This document shows positions 1 through 8,778 of a stretch of 52,264 bases of DNA, piece after piece. Numbering within the stretch: the stretch's first letter is position 1; the number at the start of each line of letters is the position of its first letter. The stretch lies in the NCBI GenBank assembly GCA_964650055.1, contig CAZYQL010000005.1:1-52264 (forward strand). The letters run 5' to 3'. Both the position numbers and the translations under genes were made by a program. Below the pieces are notes generated by a model that had not been told where the DNA came from, searched no databases, and was given only the letters and a program-made list of their open reading frames with translations. The stretch is from an uncultured Phycisphaeraceae bacterium (GTDB taxonomy: Bacteria > Planctomycetota > Phycisphaerae > Phycisphaerales > Phycisphaeraceae).

Positions 1-2
1 TC

Positions 3-1538
3 GCGCTTTATGCCGGTGCACTGGACACACGCATAGACGCCACCTGCGTCAGCGGTTACTTCAACTCACGGCAGAACATCTGGCAAGAGCCGCTGGATCG
101 CAATGTGTTTGGGTTGCTCGATCAGTTCGGCGACACAGAACTCGCCGGGATGGTTCTGCCACGCCCTATACGTGTCGATGTTTCGGCCCCACCTAAAATT
201 TCGCACACAGGCGGCAAAGGGGCTCCATTTGATTCCAGTCACTCCGAACCAGAACGTGTGGGGAAAGAGTGGATGCGCATTCGGCCGATGTTCGCTGAAC
301 TAAAGGAGCGTTGGCCCGCTGGTGCCTTGAGTACATTTACGGAACAGGATGGCAATCCGGAAGTGGTCGAATTCAAACCACGGGTGAGTGATATCGCGCT
401 TGAACAGTTTTGCAAAGACTTAGTCATCGGCTTGAATGATCAGGCGTCGCCCACTCAATCCCTATCTGAAACTGCAGATCCTGCCGCCCGCCAAAAACGC
501 CAGTTCGACGAAATCGACCTCTACAACCAACTCCTCCTCCGCGAATCTCCTTATGTTCGCAAGGCGTTCATGAAGAAGCTCTACGACGCCGCCAAGCCGG
601 GCAATCTCGCGGAGTATGAGAAGGTTGCCGAGGAATATCGCACCTACTTCAAGAACGAAGTCATCGGCTCCTTCGATGATCCGTTGCTGCCCGCTAATGC
701 TCGCACTCGCAAGATCGCTGAGAGCGACAAGTGGACGCAGTACGAAGTCGTGCTCGATGTCTGGCAGGATGTCATCGCCTATGGCATCCTTATTGTTCCG
801 AAGAACATCAAAGCCAATGAGAAGCGGCCCGTCGTCGTTTGTCAGCATGGCCTGGAAGGGCGGCCACAGGATGTCATTGGCGAAAAAAACTTTCAGTATT
901 ACAAAGCCTTCGCCACGCAGCTCGCCGAGCGCGGCTTCATCACCTTTGCTCCGCAGAACCTTTACATCTTCCAAGATCGCTTCCGCACCTTGCAGCGCAA
1001 AGCCAACCCGCTGGGCAAGACGCTCTTTTCCATCATCGTGCCACAGCATCAGCAGATCACCGACTGGCTCAAGACGCTGCCAGAGGTCGATGGCGATCGC
1101 ATCGGGTTCTATGGCCTGTCCTACGGCGGTAAGAGCGCGATGCGCATTCCGCCTCTGGTAAAGAATTACGCGCTCTCGATCTGCTCCGCCGACTTCAACG
1201 AGTGGGTGGATAAGAACGCCAATACACGTGCCAGTTACAGCTATGTATGGACTGGTGAATATGAAATTTTCGAGTGGGATTTAGGTTCGACCTTCAACTA
1301 TGCCGAGATGGCGGCACTGATTGCGCCGCGGCCGTTCATGGTGGAGCGAGGACATTTTGATGGCGTAGGCACCGATGAACAGGTTGCTGCTGAGTATGCG
1401 AAGGTTCGCCATCTTTATCAGGCGAAACTGGGCATCGGCGATCGCACCGAGATCGAATGGTTCGTCGGCCCGCACACGATCAACGGCGTGGGCACGTACG
1501 AGTTCCTGCACAAGTGGCTCAGGCATGCCAAGCCGTGA
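3..1538 (+). CDS. alpha/beta-hydrolase (dienelactone hydrolase / acetyl-xylan-esterase-like), 5' end cut by window edge
   Basis: The frame is open from base 3 with no upstream stop, so the ORF-track start at 105 is not the true start. GLSYGG nucleophile elbow (GxSxG). VVVCQHGLEG and PRPFMVERGHFDGV blocks are typical of the fold. Residues encoded at 3-170 resemble the C-terminal end of the same fold. Confidence 0.7.
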   Translation, partial: ALYAGALDTRIDATCVSGYFNSRQNIWQEPLDRNVFGLLDQFGDTELAGMVLPRPIRVDVSAPPKISHTGGKGAPFDSSHSEPERVGKEWMRIRPMFAELKERWPAGALSTFTEQDGNPEVVEFKPRVSDIALEQFCKDLVIGLNDQASPTQSLSETADPAARQKRQFDEIDLYNQLLLRESPYVRKAFMKKLYDAAKPGNLAEYEKVAEEYRTYFKNEVIGSFDDPLLPANARTRKIAESDKWTQYEVVLDVWQDVIAYGILIVPKNIKANEKRPVVVCQHGLEGRPQDVIGEKNFQYYKAFATQLAERGFITFAPQNLYIFQDRFRTLQRKANPLGKTLFSIIVPQHQQITDWLKTLPEVDGDRIGFYGLSYGGKSAMRIPPLVKNYALSICSADFNEWVDKNANTRASYSYVWTGEYEIFEWDLGSTFNYAEMAALIAPRPFMVERGHFDGVGTDEQVAAEYAKVRHLYQAKLGIGDRTEIEWFVGPHTINGVGTYEFLHKWLRHAKP

Positions 1539-1631
1539 AGAGAAGAGGTCAGGAGCCAGAAGTCAGGAGACAGAGGACAGGATTCAGAGGAGAAGACCAA
1601 AGCCTACTCACTCCTGTGGGGGGTCTTGGGT

Positions 1632-2057
1632 TCACGTCGTTGCTTTCATCAGCGCTGAGCGCACCTCTACGATGAGCGTCACGTTCGCTGGTGGAAACTG
1701 AAACAGCGTCAGATCACTAGCGGGCACCCAGCGGTGTTCAGCGACATGCAGATTGCGCGGCGCGGGTGAATCCGGTGCAGGTGAGCAGTAGAAGGGGAAC
1801 AGTCGCACGTGAGCGTGGTCATATTCGAACTCGATGATCGCAAGTGCATCGTGTACATGCACAACAACGCCCAGCTCCTCTTCAAATTCCCGCGCGAGAC
1901 AGACCTGCGGCGACTCGCCTTCTTCAATCTTTCCGCCAGGTAGTTCCCAGTATCCACCCAGCACCGCATCAGGCTTGCGGCGAGCAATAAGCACCCACGG
2001 CTGACCTTCGCGGTATTCAACCAACACACCAATGGCGACGTTCACGAGCTGGTCCAT
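1632..2057 (-). CDS. Nudix hydrolase (MutT-like)
   Basis: Nudix box GGKIEEGESPQVCLAREFEEELGV. Start placed at internal ATG (MDQLVNV...). The longer ORF to 2120 adds a Cys/Lys-rich extension with no support. Confidence 0.7.
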   Translation of the reverse strand: MDQLVNVAIGVLVEYREGQPWVLIARRKPDAVLGGYWELPGGKIEEGESPQVCLAREFEEELGVVVHVHDALAIIEFEYDHAHVRLFPFYCSPAPDSPAPRNLHVAEHRWVPASDLTLFQFPPANVTLIVEVRSALMKATT

Positions 2058-2372
2058 AGCGAGGTCTTTAATACTTGAATCTTTTTTCGGACAAGGACAA
2101 GTCGTTCTAATCCCATGCAAATACGTCTGTTACAGGATAATTTTTCTAACTTGTTCCTGGGCTTTAACTTACCGTAAATTTGCTCTTTGAGGATCGCTCG
2201 GAATCATGTTAACACATTGCAATAACTATGTTTATGCAAAAACAGGATAATCGCACAGGTTTCATTGACATGATCGACGGCTTGCCGATACGATACACCT
2301 GTCGAGTGTGGGGCGGCAATGGCTTAGGCCATGACAAGCCACCATCGATCTTAAATTGTCAGCCGTGGCGCG

Positions 2373-2416
2373 CCTCCGCTTACAGGTCCGGAGCCCTGAA
2401 GCGGAGGTTTTTTTTT
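2373..2416 (+). terminator. Rho-independent terminator-like hairpin plus T9 run
   Basis: cctccgctt(a)cagg-tccggagc-cctgaagcggagg forms a 9+4 bp stem, immediately followed by ttttttttt. The T-run is only on the + strand. No + strand CDS ends nearby. Confidence 0.6.
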
Positions 2417-2632
2417 GCCGAGTTTTCATTTCACTCGCGACCGCCTGTGCAATTCGATGACGCATGCACTGACTTATCGGCAGGTCATCACTGAACTTGA
2501 ATTGCATCGTTTGTTCGTCTGATGCGTCTGAACTGCCGATCTAGTAGTGAACGAAGTAGAGACGAATCCGTGCAAGCGATCGTTCTCTGATGCAATCCAG
2601 TGCGGCGAGTGAAACGCAATCGAGGCAAGCGA

Positions 2633-4315
2633 ATGATGTCCAGTAATGGCCGAAATACTTTTCGAAACGCGTTTGAAGGTCGAGCCAGGCTCGGCCTGAT
2701 CGTTATCTTCATTCTCGCCGCCGCCGTCAGGCTCATCGGTTTGAGCAGTCTCGATGTGTGGGGCGATGAGATCTACTCGCACACGGCTTCGAGCGATCTG
2801 CTGCCGAAGCTGCTCAGGTGGGAGACTGTCGATAACGAAAGCAGCAGCCCCTGGCCTTTCATCGAGATGAAAGTCGCTCGTCAGGTTTTTGGCGAATCGA
2901 GCAGCCTATCGCTTCGCATGCCATCAGCAGTGCATGGCATCCTTGGGGTGGTGCTACTTTACATCGTGCTGACAGTTCTTGTCGATTGGCGCGTTGCGTT
3001 TTGGGCATCGCTGCTGCTGGCGATCAATCCGCATGGGCTAGAGTGGAGCCGAGAGGGAAGGATGTACACGCAGTGGCTCAGCGCGACCATCGCTCTCATC
3101 GGCATAGTGCACTTCGCTGTGCAGGATGTGCGACTACGCGGCGGCACGTGGTACTCATGGCGATGGTGGCTCACCGGCTGCCTGTTCATGATCGTGCACG
3201 CCATGAACGTCATGGGCATCATGACCATCGCGGGACTGGCGCTCTGGTTGGGCATCATGGCGATTGCAGAACTCAAATCGAATCGGCTCGCAGCGATTCG
3301 CATCATCCTCGGTTCAGCGCTGGCGGGGGCCGTCTATCTGGGAAGTTGGGGCCTCACCGGCATCGCCAAGATTCTCATGCTCATGGGTAACGCCAAACGC
3401 GCCGGTGGCTACGAGCCAGCGCCGGTGATTGATCAGGTCACCGAATTTCTACGGGCCTTGCCCGGCCACATGCCGCTGGGCCTGGCGATGCTCTTCTGGC
3501 TCGCAGCTGCGGCGGGCTTGCTGCTACTGGCCCGTCAAGGCCACTGGCGATTGGCGTTACTCGTGGCCATCGGCAGTATGGCTCCCTGGCTGGGATTTTT
3601 CTCCATCACCAAGAGCCATTTCTGGGCGCCGCGCTATGCCTTCACCGCGATCCTGTTTCTGAGTGTGGGTATGGGTGCATTGCTGGCGGCGCTTTGGAAT
3701 GGAACACTGGTGCGAAAGCTGGTGGTGGGCAGAGCGATGGCGGTGGTACTGCTGGTGGCGAGTGTTGCGCTGGCAGGGCCTTATCTACGCGAGATTTTCT
3801 TGGTGCCCAAGATGGAAGTGCGCAAGGCTTTTGGTGTGATCAAGGAGCATGGCCTCAAGGGCGAAGTGATCATGCTCTTTCCCGATTACTACATCAGCTT
3901 CAACAGCTACAAGGCTTATCGCTACGACCAAAACGCCAGCGTCATTCGCGGGCCCAAAGGCACGGGGCTTGATGCTGGCGACGCATTCACCAGCACGTTT
4001 GAAGATCGCTATTACATCAAGCCAGTGGAGGCTGAAGGGGGAAAAATTGCTCCGCCCGTTGTCCCGCAGGATATTCCCAGTGCTGCCTGGCTTTTCATGT
4101 TGCAGCCCGACTCCACCGGCGATCCTGCCACGCGCTGGGACAAACGGCTGAACGATATCGAACCTGTCCTCAAAGCGTATGGTTTGAGTACCGACAGCCT
4201 CAGGCCTCATCTGAAAGATGATCCCTACACCATCACGCTGCGCCTGTCGCGCGATGGTGCAGGCGATGGCCAAATCGATCATGTCGTCACCACCACCGGT
4301 CGCCAGTTCCGCTGA
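2633..4315 (+). CDS. GT-C fold glycosyltransferase, family 39/83-like (ArnT/PMT-like) polytopic membrane protein
   Basis: Many TM segments. First-loop motif RLIGLSSLDVWGDEIYS (DE motif of ArnT/PMT_2-type enzymes). Soluble C-terminal domain. ATG at 2633 preferred over the GTG at 2600. Confidence 0.6.
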   Translation: MMSSNGRNTFRNAFEGRARLGLIVIFILAAAVRLIGLSSLDVWGDEIYSHTASSDLLPKLLRWETVDNESSSPWPFIEMKVARQVFGESSSLSLRMPSAVHGILGVVLLYIVLTVLVDWRVAFWASLLLAINPHGLEWSREGRMYTQWLSATIALIGIVHFAVQDVRLRGGTWYSWRWWLTGCLFMIVHAMNVMGIMTIAGLALWLGIMAIAELKSNRLAAIRIILGSALAGAVYLGSWGLTGIAKILMLMGNAKRAGGYEPAPVIDQVTEFLRALPGHMPLGLAMLFWLAAAAGLLLLARQGHWRLALLVAIGSMAPWLGFFSITKSHFWAPRYAFTAILFLSVGMGALLAALWNGTLVRKLVVGRAMAVVLLVASVALAGPYLREIFLVPKMEVRKAFGVIKEHGLKGEVIMLFPDYYISFNSYKAYRYDQNASVIRGPKGTGLDAGDAFTSTFEDRYYIKPVEAEGGKIAPPVVPQDIPSAAWLFMLQPDSTGDPATRWDKRLNDIEPVLKAYGLSTDSLRPHLKDDPYTITLRLSRDGAGDGQIDHVVTTTGRQFR

Positions 4316-4403
4316 TGCAGCGTCAGCGATGAACGATAAGATGGTTTGCTTGATGGCAACGTCACGTTGACAGGAGGTCAGCGCATCAGCCATCACCATC
4401 ATC

Positions 4404-5273
4404 ATGCGTTCAAGCATCATCACCCCAACTCGGCTGCTGCTACTCGTTCTGGCGTTTTTGCTCTTCTCGTCGTTTGCGCGATTGGAGATCGCCATTTCGA
4501 TTTCTGCTCCGCCGCGCGATCTGATTCGGATGGGCCTGGACCCCGCCACTTATCCGCTGCACGCTCTGGCGACTTCGCTGCGCGGAGACGTTGCGCCGAC
4601 GATCGCGACCGCTAGCCCCGATGAACTGGCGGAAGAAAATCGCAGGCTCCTGCAATACGCCAGGCAACTGGAAGATCAGCTTCGCATCGCCAGCGACCGC
4701 ATCGGTGAGCTGTCGCAGATGCGCAGCAGCACCGCGCTCAAACTCGACAACATTCGTTTGGTTGATGCGGGTGTGACGCGCTGGCAAGGCGGCGCGATGC
4801 CGACGCTTTCGATTAACCGTGGCAGCGATGATGGCATCGCTCTGGGCATGATCGTGGCGTCTGGTGCGAATCTGATCGGAAGAATCGCCAGTGTTTCCGC
4901 AGGCAGCGCGGGTGTATCCCTCATCAACGCGCCGGGTACTCTGCTGGATGTTCGCATTCTGCCGCCGACGACGGGGCCTGCGCCGCATGAAGTGGTCGTT
5001 CAGTGTCAGCCGATGCAAGGCAGCGAAACGTTCTGGGCTGAGGCGGCGCAAAGCGATCCGATTCAGGCGGGGGACCTGGCACATCTGCGACTGGCGGACA
5101 ACGTGCTGGCATCACAGATGCGCTGGCGCGATGAAGCTGCGGGCATGATTGTCGGACAGGTGATGCGAGTGGAGGATCACCCTGCGGATCCGAAGCTGCG
5201 CACGCGTGTACTCATTGAGCCTCGCCGCAAACTACAGAATCTGACGCGTGTGGTGGTGCTGGTGCCCCGGTGA
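4404..5273 (+). CDS. mreC: rod shape-determining protein MreC-like
   Basis: N-terminal TM, coiled-coil (ELAEENRRLLQYARQLEDQLRIASDRIGEL), then beta-rich blocks INRGSDDGIALGMIVASGANLIGRIASVSAGSAGVSLI and GMIVGQVMRVED...LTRVVVLV matching the MreC pattern. Confidence 0.6.
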   Translation: MRSSIITPTRLLLLVLAFLLFSSFARLEIAISISAPPRDLIRMGLDPATYPLHALATSLRGDVAPTIATASPDELAEENRRLLQYARQLEDQLRIASDRIGELSQMRSSTALKLDNIRLVDAGVTRWQGGAMPTLSINRGSDDGIALGMIVASGANLIGRIASVSAGSAGVSLINAPGTLLDVRILPPTTGPAPHEVVVQCQPMQGSETFWAEAAQSDPIQAGDLAHLRLADNVLASQMRWRDEAAGMIVGQVMRVEDHPADPKLRTRVLIEPRRKLQNLTRVVVLVPR

Positions 5274-5361
5274 ATGATTTGACTATGCTACTTGGCTGTT
5301 CATGATCCTTCCGCACGCGCGGCCGCCCGGCCTCCGCATCCAATAGGAACGCTCTCTAAGC

Positions 5362-5940
5362 ATGCGATGGCTGGTCTTTTTCATCTTCACGTTCGTTCTG
5401 CTCACGCTTGAAGTGGGCCTTCGTCCGCTCTGGGCGCTGCCCATCGGCCCTTACCACGATGCTGCGCCCAGCCTGCTTCTAGTTCTGGGCATCTTCATCA
5501 GCATCAACGCATCATCAGGTGTCGTCATCTGCGCCATGCTGCTGCTGGGCGCGCTGGTTGATCTCACCCAGCCCATTGGCAAGCTCGAACCCATTCGCGA
5601 GATAGTCCTGCTTGGCCCTAGTGCATTAGGCTTTTTTCTGGGCGGTCTTCTCGCGATGCGACTGCGCACCCTGGTGTTTCGAGACTCGGTTATCACACTG
5701 GTCGTCATGACCTTCACCGTAGGTCTGTTCATCGAACTGGCCACCGTACTCATCATCGGCGCGCGACAACTTCTGCCTACCGATCCGATTCCCGATTGGC
5801 ACATCGCCAGTCAGCTCATGCAGCGGGCCATGAGCGTGATCTACTCCGCCATCGTGGCCATTGCGCTGGGCCTCGTGCTCGCCCGATCGCGCAGAGCCTG
5901 GCAGTTTTACGCATCGCGCGGTTCTTCGATGCTGGGATGA
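5362..5940 (+). CDS. mreD: MreD-like polytopic membrane protein
   Basis: About 190 aa with about 5 TM segments, directly downstream of the mreC-like gene. Assignment rests on size, topology and position only. Confidence 0.4.
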   Translation: MRWLVFFIFTFVLLTLEVGLRPLWALPIGPYHDAAPSLLLVLGIFISINASSGVVICAMLLLGALVDLTQPIGKLEPIREIVLLGPSALGFFLGGLLAMRLRTLVFRDSVITLVVMTFTVGLFIELATVLIIGARQLLPTDPIPDWHIASQLMQRAMSVIYSAIVAIALGLVLARSRRAWQFYASRGSSMLG

Positions 5941-6113
5941 TGTGACTGACACATGTGGATTCATCAAAGAAATATTGGTCACCGAGACACGCCATATAGC
6001 CCCGGCTTTAGCCGGGGTGAACCAACGTGAACGTACCGTTACCCCGGCCAAGGCCGGGGCTATGTGAGGTGTCTCGGTGGCAAAACTTCTTTAAGATCCA
6101 TCGTGTCAGCACA
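5941..6113. repeat. 173-bp compound imperfect palindrome (nested double-hairpin element)
   Basis: Core 5980-6079: caccgagacac..catatagccccggctttagccgggg / ccccggccaaggccggggctatgtg..gtgtctcggtg. Each arm contains its own ccccggc/gccgggg hairpin. Outer arms 5941-5978 and 6080-6113 are also roughly complementary. Starts right after the mreD-like stop. Confidence 0.8.
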
Positions 6114-6142
6114 AGCACGTGAGCAAATAGAAAGCAAAAATC

Positions 6143-6433
6143 ATGACCCCACCGACCACCGATGATGACGATGATGTAGCGCTCAGCATAGGCGCAGATT
6201 CGGAATCACTCTCCGAAGACTTCGATGCAGGCGATGCCGATGATGCGACCATTGGCGAAGAGGGCGTCGATGTCTCTGCGCACTATCAGGATGATGTCAC
6301 CAAACTCGAACAAGCCGTCTGGCACGCCCCGCAAGGCAAAGGCACGAAGATCGTGGCGGTGATTATTCTCACACTGCTACTGCTGAGCATCCTGGCCATG
6401 CTGGTGATGGGCATCATTAGTGCGGTAGGGTGA
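6143..6433 (+). CDS. hypothetical acidic protein with C-terminal TM anchor
   Basis: Asp/Glu-rich N-terminal 65 aa and a single C-terminal hydrophobic helix (IVAVIILTLLLLSILAMLVMGIISAV). No recognisable family. Confidence 0.4.
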   Translation: MTPPTTDDDDDVALSIGADSESLSEDFDAGDADDATIGEEGVDVSAHYQDDVTKLEQAVWHAPQGKGTKIVAVIILTLLLLSILAMLVMGIISAVG

Positions 6434-6466
6434 TTGCTTCGGATTCGCAGCGGACTGAGATGACTT

Positions 6467-7480
6467 TCAAATCGCCCCGCGCTGTTTCAATTCACGGATG
6501 ACACCTTCGGTCAGTTGCGTGATGCGATCGACAGCAGCGCTGCCGCTACGTGGCGGGCAACCTTCTTGTGGCGAATCGACATAGCCAAAGTCCGCCATGA
6601 TGCACTGCAGCGAGCGCGACAGTGCAGCACGATCTATGCGCTGCGAGTCAGTCGTCGGCTGCCTGCTGGGGCCAAGATTAAATCCGCGAAGCTCCACTGC
6701 CGCTCGAACGCCTTCGGGAAAATCGGCAGCGTAAATCATCGCGTCAAACAACTCGATCATGCGCATCTGCATCGTGCGCGCTTCATCGAGTTTGCCAGCC
6801 ATGGTGATGTCATAAAGCTTGCGCATGAACTCGGGCACGACGCCGCTGGTCGCATTCGTCCCGCCATCGCAGCCCATCAGCAGCATCGGCACCAGCGCTG
6901 CCTCCCAGCCGGTGAGAAACACAAAGTCTGGCCGCACCGGTTTCACTGCCGCCATCATGCGGATCATAAACGCCATATCCCCCGATGAATCCTTGATGGC
7001 TGCCACCCGCTCAAACTCGGCGAGCCTGCGAATCGTGGGCACATCGATGGGCGAAGCGAACATCGGAATGTTGTAGAGCGTCACATCAATGGGCGTGTTC
7101 AGCGCTATCTCGCGAAAGTAAGCGTAAACCGATTCAGGGCTGAGCTTGTAATAAAAGGGCGACACAATCGCGACGGCCCTTGCACCGTAGTCGTAATAAG
7201 TTTCGCAGGCCTTGATGGTCTCCCGCGCATTGGCCTCGGCAGCGCCAGCCAGCACCGGTACCCGGCCGGCTGCCTGTTCGCAGGTGATCTTGATGATCCG
7301 CTTTCGCTCTTCTTCAGTAAAGCGCAGGAACTCACCCGTGGAGCCGTTGGGATACAGGCCATGCACGCCGCGCTCGATAAGCCAGTCGATATATCGACGA
7401 AGCTCCGCTTCATTGATGTCGCCCTGAGCGGTGAGCGGAACCATGTTGGGCGTGAAAATGCCTTGCAGCTTCGAAGTCAT
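6467..7480 (-). CDS. dihydrodipicolinate synthase / N-acetylneuraminate lyase family (class I aldolase) protein
   Basis: [11 protein letters not shown] (GxTGE motif), YNIP block and AAIKDSSGD (Schiff-base Lys context), typical of the DapA family. Confidence 0.75.
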   Translation of the reverse strand: MTSKLQGIFTPNMVPLTAQGDINEAELRRYIDWLIERGVHGLYPNGSTGEFLRFTEEERKRIIKITCEQAAGRVPVLAGAAEANARETIKACETYYDYGARAVAIVSPFYYKLSPESVYAYFREIALNTPIDVTLYNIPMFASPIDVPTIRRLAEFERVAAIKDSSGDMAFMIRMMAAVKPVRPDFVFLTGWEAALVPMLLMGCDGGTNATSGVVPEFMRKLYDITMAGKLDEARTMQMRMIELFDAMIYAADFPEGVRAAVELRGFNLGPSRQPTTDSQRIDRAALSRSLQCIMADFGYVDSPQEGCPPRSGSAAVDRITQLTEGVIRELKQRGAI

Positions 7481-7614
7481 GTTGCGTTCCGTCAGTCACG
7501 AGTGCTGTGCCAAAGTCCTGTTCATCACAGGCTGCATAACATACGAGCCGATGCGGATCATGACCAGTGGGCCGCCACGCTATACTGCACCTCATAGGCC
7601 GTGCGCCTTTCACC

Positions 7615-8739
7615 ATGAAACTTCTCGACCGCTACATCCTGCGACTTTTCCTGCTGAATTTCATCATTCTGCTGGTGGTCATCATGGCGATGATCGTCAT
7701 GGTGGACATGATGTTCAACCTCGACGAGTTCATGGATGCCGGCCGCCGCATCGCCGAGGTCGATGGCGCCAGCAGCTTCCTGGCGACGGTGCGCGTCATT
7801 CTTGATTACTACATTCCGCAGGTCTGTTTTATCTACGTCTATCTCGCTGGGCTGATCGTCATCGCCGCCATGGGCTTCACTTTCACCGCGCTGTCACGCA
7901 CCGGCGAACTGGTCACGCTCATCGCCAGTGGCATCAGCCTTCACCGCGCCGCTGCACCGGTGCTCGTGGCTGCGTGTCTGATCAACGGTCTGACGCTTGT
8001 GGATCAGGAGCTGATCATCCCTCGCTTCATCGACAAACTCACCCGCAAGGTCAGCGAGCTGAAGACGATCAATGGCCGAGCGTTTGCGGTGCACTATGCC
8101 GACGACTCCAAACGAAATCTCATCAGCGCCGCTCGCTTTGATCCTGCCACGAATCGCTTGGAATCGGTGACGATTCTTGAAGACTGGAATCAGCGCGACA
8201 GAGCAGCCCGGCGTATCACCGCCAGTGCAGCAGTCTGGGATGATGCAGATCATCGCTGGGTCCTGGAAAATGCCAGAGCAGTCAGGCGAAGTGATGCGGG
8301 TGATCGTTCGGGCATGATCGCCGACAGCCGCGTGGAATTGATTGATGCCTTCGCCACCGATGTGTCCCCGCAGGTGCTCATGGCGCGAAGGGCGGCGATT
8401 TATCCTGCGCTGCTGAGCATGAGCGACCTCAGTCGGCTGATGACCAATCCTGCTGCCGATCAGCCCGCGATTCTTCGCATCATGCATAGCCGATTCAGTC
8501 TGATGATCTTCAATGTGCTCGTGCTGGTGATCGTGATTCCGCTCTTTGTCACGCGTGAGCCGGTGAATCCTTTGCAGCAAGCGGTCAACGGTGCAGCCAT
8601 CAGCATCGGCAGTTGGATGACCGGCGTGGGCATGCTGCAACTGATGGGGCAAGGCATCAGTCCCGTCGTCGCTGCATGGATCCCGGTCGTCATCTTCCTG
8701 CCCATCAGTGCGATAGTGTTGCAGAAGATGAAAACCTAA
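7615..8739 (+). CDS. LptF/LptG family (YjgP/YjgQ) permease
   Basis: Characteristic N-terminus MKLLDRYILRLFLLNF, 3 TM + periplasmic beta-domain + 3 TM layout. Start placed at ATG 7615. Confidence 0.7.
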   Translation: MKLLDRYILRLFLLNFIILLVVIMAMIVMVDMMFNLDEFMDAGRRIAEVDGASSFLATVRVILDYYIPQVCFIYVYLAGLIVIAAMGFTFTALSRTGELVTLIASGISLHRAAAPVLVAACLINGLTLVDQELIIPRFIDKLTRKVSELKTINGRAFAVHYADDSKRNLISAARFDPATNRLESVTILEDWNQRDRAARRITASAAVWDDADHRWVLENARAVRRSDAGDRSGMIADSRVELIDAFATDVSPQVLMARRAAIYPALLSMSDLSRLMTNPAADQPAILRIMHSRFSLMIFNVLVLVIVIPLFVTREPVNPLQQAVNGAAISIGSWMTGVGMLQLMGQGISPVVAAWIPVVIFLPISAIVLQKMKT

Positions 8740-8778
8740 GCCGCTCGCGGCTTCGCTCTTCTTTACCTTTCACGCCTC

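Noticed and set aside
1537-1602. About 65-nt purine-rich tract (gaagagaagaggtcaggagccagaagtcaggagacagaggacagg...) between convergent genes
   Set aside because: It is real as a composition feature and might form triplex DNA. However, it is imperfect, has no mirror symmetry that I could verify, and no linked feature. It was treated as low-complexity spacer.
2381-2400. caggtccgga resembles the SRP (4.5S) RNA domain IV core CAGGUCCGGAAGGAAGCAGC
   Set aside because: The 3' half (GGAAGCAGC) and the symmetric-loop pairing are absent. The segment is simply the loop region of the terminator hairpin.
2228-2494. 88-aa + strand ORF in the mutT / glycosyltransferase gap
   Set aside because: It reads straight through the hairpin and T9 terminator (giving ...KRRFFFAEF), and it has no ribosome-binding site or motif. 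The region is better explained as non-coding RNA or leader.
7540-7600. TATACT -10-like hexamer upstream of the LptF/G-family gene
   Set aside because: No acceptable -35 element lies at 16-18 nt spacing (ATGACC at 15 nt, TCATGA at 17 nt). It is too weak to report as a feature.
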